Source: Dimorphilus gyrociliatus (taxonomy: Eukaryota; Animalia; Annelida). Taken from it: a stretch of DNA of 64,000 nucleotides. Of this stretch, positions 25,701-37,700 are shown in pieces. The position numbers and the translations under genes are program-made. Position 1 is the stretch's first letter, and each line of letters starts with the position of its first letter. The notes under the pieces were generated by a model. That model worked only from the letters and a program-made list of their open reading frames with translations, ran no database searches and was not told where the DNA came from. The DNA is taken from contig CAJFCJ010000004.1 in NCBI GenBank assembly GCA_904063045.1, forward strand, positions 985,713 through 1,049,712, given 5' to 3'.

Positions 25701-28700
25701 TAAATAATAATAATAATAGTAATAAGTTTAAAATACACATCTATATGTATATATAATAGTTTTGTATGTACGTGCAAATGTATTAATAATCCTTGATAAT
25801 TCGTCCTTTCACTATTTACCCATCTATGTCTCGTTCTCTACGCCCTTAATCCTCCCTTCCTCTGTCTGTCTCTGTTTTTTTTTCTCTCTCTCTTTCTCGG
25901 TGTTCTATTAAAAAATAAAAAAAAAGAATATCATTGATTTATTTTTAATAAAAAAAAAGCCTTATCCAGATTATTATTATTAATATCTTATCAAGTAAAC
26001 TTTTTATATTTTCATTTAACAGGCCATCATGGAACAATTTTTGGTAAGTTTTTATTATAAAAATATACATAATATTTCTGCTAACTAGCTCTATTAATAA
26101 TAAAAATATAACTTGATCTTTATTGTATAAATTTCACTTTTTGCGATAGAATAATGAATATATCTATACTGTATATACTAATATATAGATATGCCATTTT
26201 ATTAAATAATAGCTATTTAGAGTGAATTTTACTTGATTTTTGTTATATAAAGAAAGGAAAAATCATTCTTGACGGACAGTATATTCTTTTTCGTATTTGT
26301 GATATAATTTGTTAGTTTTATAAGATCGATATATTGTAGATTTGCATACTTCTCTCAATTCCGTTATTTGTAATGATTTTTAACTTAGATATTGTTGACT
26401 TAAATTCTTAAGTTTACATAGTCTTGATTTTATGATAGCAACAAAACAATAAAATTTCTATTCTTTTTTAATTTTTTTAGCACCGAAATGGAAAGGCAAG
26501 ATGAAAAATCAACTGGTTTTAGGTAAGCAATCTCATGAATATTAATAAGTTCTTAGGCGCTATTTTTTTTTCATGAATTGTTCAGAAAAATTTTTATTAC
26601 TTGTATATATAAGATATATAATGTGATTTCCATATGGGAGTTACTTTGTATCCTTTTAAATAGACTGAATAGCGAATAGTTTCCATTTCCTTCCGGGTTT
26701 TTTTTTGTTTTAACCCTTATGACTTATAAGGTTAATGCATTCATTTAATTCGCAATTTATTTTATTTATAGTCAGAGTTTCACTGATAAATCTAAATCGG
26801 TTGTCTTTGGATTTTATAGATAAATAAATCGAAAGAGTCGCCAACTCTTTCATAGGGTAATAGAGGGAGAGATAGGGAGGGAATTCCTTTCACTATTTTC
26901 TTTCAAGTCTCCTTTTTATGACATTTGAAAATATCTTATGAATAGATCTCAGCTTTTTTCCGACTGTCCTTTATTTGCTGTTTACCTTAAATACAAATAT
27001 ACGCCTACATAAGAAAAAAGACACATTCCCTCTCTCACTTTCCTCTCTCTTTCTCACTTTCCGTGTTTCTTTGTTTCTCCTATTTCTGTCCCAATAGAAA
27101 GTGACATTTTATATATAACTATCATATTTTTGGTATTTGAACTAGACCATTTTATATGTGTATACACTGTTTTAAAGATAAAAAAGGAGAGAAAGCCAGA
27201 AAATTAATATTATTTTTAAGACGGAATCGATTGCTCTTCCTTGTTTATTGTATTAAATAAAGAATTGCAATAATTTGATTAATGAATTGAAGACAGATTT
27301 AAAACACTTATCAGATTTCACAACAAACGTAATAATCAATATGTTCCGTTTGACTTTCTATAAATCGAACTAACATCTATTGACAGAATTTGGCTTATTA
27401 ATTGATTCAATAATTGAAGCAATTATACAACGCATACAAGTCATAATTAAATGTACTGCGAAAACGTGTCCCTTGCTTTTCTTTTCGCCTTTTAGATTGT
27501 TTTTTTGTTGGCTTTCTCTTTAACAACAACAAGAGTGTTTTTTTTTAAACGTTTTCCACCTTGTATTGTATGCATTATGTAATAATGTTGAAAGTATCAA
27601 TCTGACTAAATTAGCCCTATATTAAACGTATGAAAAAACAATATAACAAAAGAGTAAATTTTTTATAAATACGATTTTAGACATTTCTTTAAAAAACTAG
27701 ATTTTTAATAATAAAAAAAAAATATTCAAGAAATTGAAAAACATCGAAGGCTGCCTTATCAAGAATTTTTACCTGAGTCCTCAGCCTATCTTAATCAATA
27801 TGCCACGTGACGCTATATTTTAGTCACGTGGTGCCGTGGTTGATCATTGCTGGCCTAACGATAGAAACACGTGGAACAAACCCAGGAAGAGATCGTCTTA
27901 GGGTTAAGATTTTAAAAAAAAATTGGATATTATGCTTGTCCTGCCTCGATTCTTGAATTCAGTGGAATCAATACAATAAGAGACATTTAAAAATGACGTT
28001 ATCTAGAGGACTATAGAAAAAAAATAGGCGTTTTAATTAAAAAAATAAACAAGAGACAAAATGTTTAAAAAGCTCTTCTGCGGAAGAAAGAAATGCAAGA
28101 AAAAAGGGAATAAAATTTATCCAGATCTCGCCCCACAGAGGCTAAGTTTAATAGGAAGGCAAAAAAGGTATATTTGTTAAACCAGCATCAATACATAAGG
28201 CAGCTATGACATGTATATATGTGCTATATTTCTATATAATAACTCTACATATACGGTAGCTAAATAGTCCATATAGATTAGACTATTTTTAGATTATTAT
28301 GCATAAGTTAACAATTTCACTAACATCTGTTAGATTAAATACCAGTTTTTGAAAGTCTTAAATTCTTTTTTGAACGAGCACTCCTAAATGACGTCAAATT
28401 TATTGATTGACACCGAAATCGATAAGAAAGATAAGGTGAAAAAGGAATCTCTCTTTCCCATTGTACCGATCGTTATACTGTACTTTCGATTAATAAAGCA
28501 GGTATAATAATTAATAACAGTTTTGATTTGGTTGGATTTATTCTGAGTAGTGTCGAAATGATTGAACTCGATTTATACGGGAGAAATTCAATATTTTCGA
28601 TAAAAGAAATGAGTAGTTTTAATTACGTATACTGTTAGTAGTCTACTACGACTTTCACTTATTCGTATACAATATATATATAATCCTTCTGACTCTGATT

Positions 28701-31700
28701 GTAGATCTAACTGATTAAAAGGTTGTTTTAAAAAATCTTAAACTATACTAACTTGTTTAACCTCTTTTACGGACACTGTTATGTCTGTATGCAAAAGTGG
28801 CAATTTAATCGGTTAGTTTTAAAAATTAGGGGGATTTTACGCCTTGTTACTTCAATTATTGAAGAAAGTAGAGGGTTAGAGGTCTTTTAACAATGTTAAG
28901 TGTCATATACAATTCTTAGCGTATAGATTATAAAATAGTTTAAAAACAATCGATCTAGCTAAATCTTATATATCTAATATATAGTATATATACTGCATAT
29001 CCTACTTTTTAGACTCAATTTATCGATAATTGTTAGTTTTTATTTTCTTTGATAGGCCTACCCATCAATTTTAATCATCTAATCCGTAATATGCATTGAA
29101 ATTATTACAATTTACAACAAAAAATTTACTAATAAACTCAGAAAGGAGTTTTTTTTATTATTAGTTAGGCATATACCTATCATTGCAAATAATATACAGT
29201 AATAAAGGAAAGCTCAATTTGCTTGTTCTTTTTTTTTTTGAATAAATAGGCTAAATATTTTTACTTTTGTCAATGAGGTATTGATTATTATTACTATCAT
29301 GAAGAACAAGGTTTTATTGGGTGAAATATAATGTAAATTCACTTGTAACCCTCTCTCCTCCCCCCTCCCCCCTCTTCTTCCCTTTTCTAACGCGAATATA
29401 TATTTAGTCCGCTTAATTTTTAAGTGAACGTATAGTCAACAAGATTGCCCTTTTTATGCCCTTGTCTACGGATATAAAATAATATATACAAACAATAATC
29501 CTTAAATAGAAAATTTCTCAGTAAATATATATCGAAATGTCATAATAACAAATGAAACTAAGCATTTAACAAAATACAAAAGTAGTAAAAGAATTTTTCC
29601 TATTTTTGTTATCGTTCCTCCACAATACTGTTCACTTTACGTACCTTTGTCTTTCTATTTAACTCTTCAATTCATATATCTTTTATCTTTACCGACATAA
29701 AAATCTAATAATAATAAAAGAAAAAGGTGTTAAAAATATATATACACTAGAAAATCTTTTGAACTCTTTTTTTTCCCACTTAAAATTATTAAGTATTGGA
29801 ATTTGAAGGAAAACATTCATTTAATGGTAAATAAATTCTATCTATTTAGATTATTAAATCAAAAAATAGTTTTTTATCATTAAAAGAAATAATATTGAAT
29901 TAAGAAAGGGTTATTGATCTGAACAGTTCTTAAATAGCGCCTTTTTTATTATATCCTTTATAAATTTATATATATATATACGAGTATATTATTTTGAAAA
30001 ATTTTTCATTCTTACCCTTATATAGATCTGATCTAGAATATGAGGATCATAGGACAAATTATATTGAAACCGAAAAAGAATATTATGAAAGATCGAGGCC
30101 TCAATCTGAAGATAGGAGAAGTTTAGAAAAGGAAAAAGAAGTATTGGAAAATGATAGAAAGAAATGCAGAAATGATTATAGAACGACTTTAAATCGTATA
30201 AAACAATTAGAAAATCAATTAAAATTGACTAAACCTGAAGTGTATGAAAGAGTGCCTCGCGAAAATTTTCGTCCTTTGGAGCCTTCCGTTAGTTGTGGTG
30301 ATTTAGCAATTCAAGCTCGACCAGATATTGGTCATTTAGCCGTCCAAACGGACAGTGATGTTATTTCAATAGCTTCTACTGTTGGTAGCGTAGGATCCTA
30401 CGTATCATGCCCCCCTACCTTAATGAGGTAAGCTATTTTTTCTTATAAACAATAGCAACAATTACGTTATTTAATTAAAAAAGAATGTTAAAGATCTTAA
30501 TTGTCTGTAAGATAATTTTCTTATCTAAAACAAGAGAATTCGTTTTAATTGAAAGAAATGTAAGTGAAAATATTTAGATTATTTATGACGTTGGCGGTAC
30601 TCAGTTATTTTTAAAACTTAATAATATTGATAAAAAGAAATATTTAGTACAAATGAAATCAGTTCAAGCATCTTCCCTACTATAAATTTTTATATTTTTT
30701 CATAGTAATAAATTGATTTAGAAGCTGGCAATAAACCTAATTCTTTGAAAATATTCGTAAACAACTCCTTGAATTACTTCAATATTGTTAAACAAAGTCA
30801 TAAATTATTTATAAATTCCTTATAAAGGCCTAATAATTTATAAATTTTATTATTCTTATATAAATAATTTTTTAGACTATCTTCTTATAAAATGTATTAT
30901 ATTAACTGTTTCTATATAAATATCTAATTAAGGGTTATATCGATTTGTGTAAATTTTCTTGTTCTATTACTATTATGAATTTATATATTCGTTAATAATA
31001 ATCTAGAATTATTATTATTTTATATAAATTTTTACATTCTATTCTCATTTTTAATAGGTCATCTTCGAGACGATCTAAAAGGAAGAGGGATTTCGATATA
31101 TTTTTAGCGAACAGACATTTACAGGATGCTGAAAATAGTCGTTTAAGGAGCGTTGAAGAGGAATTAAGGCAGGATAATGAGAGAACAATTGAACAATTAA
31201 GATATGAACAAGAGAAAGTTGAAATTTTAAAGAAAAGAGAAAGACTTCTCTTGAGTTGTATGGATAGAGAAGAGCCTCTTGGTGAGAGTTATAGTGAAGA
31301 TAATTCCCGTCTACGTGTCTCTGCTGAAATCAATTTTGACTATGGTAATGATTTTACATTTCTCTTTTACAATCTCATATTCTTCTATTCCTTACCCAAA
31401 ATAGATAAGGACTGTGCCATGAAGAGAAGTACCTGCTCTTTGGATAGTCAAGTAATAAGAAAACAAGTTGAACCATCAACAGGTCTTTATAAAACATCCA
31501 GCCTTAAGAGTTTTCTTAAACAAAGAAGAGATTCATTCGAAAAAATTGAGACGAAATGCAAGTCGGATATAACCATTTTTGTCCCAAATTCAAGTAAATT
31601 AACAGGATCTAAAGATATGAACACTGAAATTAGCAATATTGATAATATTCCCAACACGGAGGTGGGCGTAAAAATTGCTTATGAAGAGGGAACGCCAATT

Positions 31701-34700
31701 ATTCAGAGAGGTCGTCGCGTAGAAGAAAAAAGGAAAAAGACACGAAAATCAAAAAAACAGGTTTTTATAGAGTTTTTCTTATTATTATCAAACATTATGA
31801 TCCCTTTTTACTTGGTGTGGTTTTTCAATCGAGTCCTCCCCTATTTACTTTTCTGCACGTTAGGTGGAACAATCTTTCGTCTGCCGAACTTTACCCGATG
31901 GAAGAGCAGATAATTCTCTTCCAGTCTGTCAAGAACTTTCTGTTGTGAAGGTTTGCATGCCAATCTAGATTGAATTGATTTACATCCGTTGATAGTGTTA
32001 ACGTTGTATTGCCTATAGCCTATTTTTAGTTTTTGATTCTGAAATTAACTTTATCTAATCTCCTAAATATGAATTATAAAGAATAATTGTTTTTCTTTTT
32101 GATTTTATAAATTCTTTAACGATTAATAATAATTATTTATTATAAATTAGAAAGGATATTTTATCTTTATCAATTTAATTTTTACTAAAATTTACATAAC
32201 AAAATACTTTTAATTTCTGTTTTTCTGTGATTCAGGATGAAAACTTGAATCAAGAAAATACAACAGATGTTGACATTTCTAACGATTCGTTAGATTTATC
32301 AAGTTCGGCTGAGTTTTCGGACGATTCCTTAGGTAACGAAGAAGAAACTGAAGGAAACGTTGATAAAGTGCCTTCGAATATCACGACAACCTGTAGCGAA
32401 ATTAATATATCACTACCTCATGTTCGTTTGGAAGCCGTCAATAAGGACGGTATTTTTATTAGGTTTGTCATCTATGTTTATTGTAATATTATATTATTTA
32501 TACTGTTTAATCGTATAAACTTGTTAATAATATATACATTCCTCATAGTTTACCGCCTGCAAATCTACCTATCCAAAAAACCGGTGCGATAAGCCCTAAA
32601 AAGGGGTCAAAACACAAGGAGCAGCAATCCAAAAAGCCTTTATCTGATTTAAGCGTCCATTCTAGTCAAGAAACTCGTCAATCTGTAAAAGACTTTCAAC
32701 AATATTCGCCTGACGTTCAACATTTTACAGAAGAGATTCAACTTGAATGTACTGAACTACTGCCAACAACTGATTCAGAAACATTCGATAACCTGAACGA
32801 GACAGATAATCGCCCTCTAGATACAAATAAAGATCTTTCTAAGGTAAAATCTTTAGAGGAGAAAACCGTTCCAATCGAAAGGATTAGCGACGATGAGAAA
32901 TACACAGGCGAAATCATTAAATATTCAAGCGATTCGATCGTGCAGCACGCACTCGCACAATCAATCGTGGAAAATATTAGGCTCGATCGAGTCGAAGAGA
33001 AAGAAGCTACTCTTATGGATAGTTCAATCTTAATAGAGCCAACAAACAAAGCGGAAAAGTTAGATACGTCTTTTACAACTTATTCGGAAGAAGAAGATGC
33101 AAAAGTTAACACAAATCTTGATAGAATTGAAAACGTACAAGAAATTCAACAGCATAATTTTAAAGTCGATAATATTGTAAGTGCAACTGATACTGTTGAA
33201 AAAGACAATGCCAACTGTTTAACAAAAGAAGAGGACAATGTGCCTCTGGATAATCCTTCATGTGAAATGATATTAGAAGAGGACGCTCAAAATAAACCTA
33301 GCTTATTAGTCAAAATTGACAATACCAACAGTAGAGCCGAGGAAAGTGAAACTACTCTATTATCAGAAGGTAAAAATATGGAAAAACTAAATGAACCGTG
33401 TAGTTCTCTTATTGAAATCAAAGATGCCGAAAACATATTAATCAATGCGACTACCGAAACAAAAATCGATGATTTATCGATTCAGGTAGTAAAATCAATA
33501 TCAAATGATGAAATTGAGCGGTTATCGTTAATAATTGAAGAGGGAGAAGACTCTACGGCTAAACATGATAATAAACTCTTACATTTGACGGCTGAGAGTT
33601 TAACACACGTTCAAGGACCTCCTGAGATTTCTGATTTAACCACAGGAGATATAAAGACTACTGAAGAGAATAAAAATACTGAAAAAGAAGTAATTTGCTA
33701 CGATACTGTTAATGTCTCAAGGGAAGAAATTCTTGAATTATCTGAAGATGCTAATCTTCATAATGAAACAATTGATTCGTATATCGTCGATAAAGCTGAC
33801 GTTCAACCCTCTAATGAATCGGATAATGAACGTCCAACTCTGAGTGACAGGGACGGGGATAATAAGACTTCAAATCCTGATGAAGTAAAAACTTTTAAGA
33901 AAGCTGATTCAACTGAAATTTGCAAAGGTGGAGTTGTTACGACGACAGATGCTAATTTTCAATTAGTTGATGCTTCTCAACAATTGCCATCCGCCGTTAA
34001 AGAAGCTGATTGCGCTGGTAAGCAGTCTAATGAAAATGAATTATCCGATCAACATGATTACGTAATGGTAACTGAAAAGAAAGAAGATTATTCTACCGAG
34101 CATATTAAATTAACTCCTGCATATCAACTTAACATTTCCGACAAAGAAGTGAATTCAGATAATTGCTCAACTATTAAAGCAGATATTGTAAATGATCAAA
34201 TAAATCCATTGGAAATTCTATCAACAGAAAAAAAGAATGTATTAGAAAGAGACGCTTCAAAAGGTGAATCAAAACATGCCAATGATGAAATTCAGCAACG
34301 AGACGATGAAAGTTTAAAAAGTGAAGAAATAAAGTCAGCTATAGAAAACGTCTATGACCCAAGTATGAGAGAAAAAGCAGCTCAAGATGAAAGTTACCAA
34401 ACAGATATTGATTCAAAGAATACTCATTTAAACGAGAAAATTAAATTCTCTGGAAGCCTTAGTCCGGAAGTTCACAAAGTCCTACCTTCTAAAAATTCTG
34501 ATAGCAAATATAAAGAAAATATTCTCTCAGAAGAGAAAACATTTGAAAAATGTCCTGAAATTGAATCTGCTTCTATAGTTATAGAAGAGAGCAAGTTTCA
34601 GTTCTTTTGTTTATCTCCAATTGATGGAAATTCAGATCAGGATAACGATGAGGAAATTGCTGATTTATCAACAGATTTGTTTGTCATTCCAAACGAAAAA

Positions 34701-37700
34701 TTGACAGAGGAAGAACTAACACTTTATGAACAAGAGAGTGAACAGATGGAAACAAACGAAAAAGTTAAAAAGAGACTAGAGCTTCAATTCGAAGACTCAG
34801 CATCTACTGATAATAATGATATGGACGAAGGTGTGTCTGATAATCAAATTGTTGAATTATCTATAAGTATTGAAGAACGTACCGAGAATATAGACTGTCA
34901 GTTAAGAGAGTCAACTCAAGCAGAAAGTTGTTTAATGAAGGGTCTAATCGAAAATAAACTTCAGGAAACTGACAATATAAAAGATTTAGACGGCAACAAT
35001 AGATTATCTGACTTGAAAAAACCTGTTACGGAAACCCACGCTATTGTTTTTTCAAATAAAGAGTCTGATCTAAACGTTTCAGAAGAGTTGACGTCACCTC
35101 TCTGCAGTGATCCCAATGAAGGTACTAATGAGCAGTTAGAGGGCGAAAAAGACACCAAACACGAGGAAATATCAAAGCAACCGCCAATCTCACCCAAATA
35201 TAGCGATGAGTCTCTTACAGATCCTCTCGTGGACGAAGCCAGGGAAATACCTCAACAAATCGACATTGAAAAGTTTACTTCGAAAGCAATCTCTGATGAA
35301 ACGAAAAGTGAATGTAAATCAACCATGGCTGATCAAATAAATTCAGAGAGAGAGGGTGAAGCCCATAGTCCAAACATAGAAGAATCTCCCGCGTTACCAT
35401 ATAAACACAATACAGATGCACAATCTGATGAAGATACTGATGATACTGCAAGTTGTCCAGGATCCGTAGATCTTAATAAAAGCTCTAATGATAATACAAA
35501 CGAAATACCTAAAAATGTTGGTGACAGTTCCATTCTAGCAGCTGGACAAGAGGATGACAAACGAAGCAGTTTGGATGATCCTTGCAAAAAATCTTCCGAT
35601 GCGAAAGCTGATGACAATGGAGCTGCAAGTGTCATTTATGAAAATCCATTCGATGAAGATATCGAACATTTCCGATCTTTAAATGAAGGAGAACCCTCAA
35701 CTACTAATGAAAATCTTAATGTTAATCTCTCCTCAATTAAGGAGATATCAGATGACAGTTATCCTGAAGATACAAATAAACATTCACGATTTTTATTTGA
35801 TACTGAACGAGATCTTGAAACTCCAGTTTCTAATCAAACTTCAAGAATTAACGACTCTGCTTTACTCAAAATGTCAGAAACTGAATTTAAGGAGCAAAAT
35901 ACAAAAGAAATTCAAGAAAAATCTGTTATAGTGCATGCAGTAGTGGATAATCAACCTGACATACTTGAAAATTTTCCTATCGTTCAACCTGTGTCGTCTG
36001 TCGTTGAACTTTCTTGTACAATTACTAGTGAAGAAAGTAAGGAAAGTATTGAGAACAGAGGAAAAGAGAATAAAGATAATAAACATGAAAACAAAGAAAA
36101 GCTAAACAAACCGGATGAGAGCGCAATTCTTGATGCTGATGAAAGTAAAGAGAGTACAATTATTACCGATGAATCAAAGGGGAGTGCCATGTTATCAACA
36201 GAAAAAGACAAGGAAAATTTCACCGATAATAAAGAGTCTAGAAGAAGAGATGGATCTCCATCGGCAAAATTTGACAACAATACCACTGCTATTGAAACAT
36301 TAAAACAAGAGTGTGATTCATTACTCATAGAGAGAGAGGAAATTATTAATGACCAGAGTTGTTTAAGTGAAAGATATAAAGGTGATGAAAATATCATTAA
36401 TTTTGAAGAAATTAAAGTTGATTCGCTTCGGGAAGAAAAGGAAATCAATGTAGAAATGATTAACATTACTGATGAGCCTGGAGACAACGTTAGTTTTCCA
36501 TCAACTGAAAAGATTATAGATGACGAAATTGGAACAAATGCAGAAGAATGTAAAGACGATAATTCTCTTTCACTAGAAAAGAATATATGCACAGATATTT
36601 CTATTGACTCGAATGAGCTTAAAAAAGACGATGGTTCTCTATCAACTGATAATGCCAAAAGCAAAGTACTTACAACTGATACTCATGAATCTGAGTTAAG
36701 AGATGCATCGCCAACAACAGAAAATATCAGACTGGACGATAGTACTATTGACCATGAAGAGTATCACCAAAGCAGCGATACACTACTGACAGCAAAGAAA
36801 ACAGCTGAAAAAAGAACAGGCAACAATAACGCTGAAAAGAATAAAAACGTCAAAAATAACACCGAAAGACCTGAAGAACTTTACTCGCTTTTAAAAGAAC
36901 GGGAAAGCGATCTCGAAAGTCCAATTAACACTGCTAAATCGAAAGAGAATTTAAATTCTATACAAGTAAAGACAGGAAGTGAACAAAATATTACTTCTAT
37001 TAAAGAACCTAATGCCAGTGACTCACTTCCAAAAGAAAGAGATATCGATATAGAAAGTTCGAAAGATACTGATGAGACTGAAGAGTATGTTAGTTCTTTA
37101 ACAATAAAGTCTGGAAACGAACCAATTATTACTTCAATGGAAGAACCAAGTGAAAGTGATTCTCTTCCCAGAGAAATAGACAGCATCAGAGAAGGTTCCA
37201 AAGAGATTCTTGAGACTGAAGACAATATTAGTTCTCTACCAATAAAGACTGGAAATGAAACAATTACCACTTCCATTGAAGACCCGAAAACAAGTGATTG
37301 TCCCTCAAGAGAAAAAGACAGCGTCAAAGAATGTTCCAAAGATACTGATGAGACAGCAGAGCATGTTAGCTCTCCAATGGTAAAGTCTGAAAGTGAACAA
37401 ATTACCACTTCCGTTGAAGAACCTAAAAAAGAAAGTTCCAATGATACTGATGAAAATGAAAAGACTATTATTCCTACACCAGTACAGGCTGAGAATAAAA
37501 AAATCACCGCTTCTTTTGGAAAACTAAATGCAAGTGATTCCCTTTCAAAAGAAGGACATACCGATGCAGAAAGTTCCAAAGATACTAATGAGAATGAAGA
37601 GAACATCAGTTCTCTACCAATAAAGTCTGGAAATAAACCAACTGTCACTTCCATTGAAGATCCTAATGCAAGTGATTCACTTCCAAAAGAAAGGGATATC

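Noticed and set aside
31761-31913. Hydrophobic tail [22 protein letters not shown]... of ORF 31251-31913, resembling a tail anchor
   Set aside because: Read-through into a T-rich intron (donor CAG|GTTTTT at 31761, acceptor at 31863), and a proper in-phase exon 31864-31950 lies in another frame. Intron-retention reads would be needed to revive it.
32450-32462. Alternative donor G|GTATTT at 32450
   Set aside because: Phase 1 puts the 32549 acceptor into a frame that stops at 32592. The phase-2 donor AG|GTTTGT at 32463 opens the giant frame.
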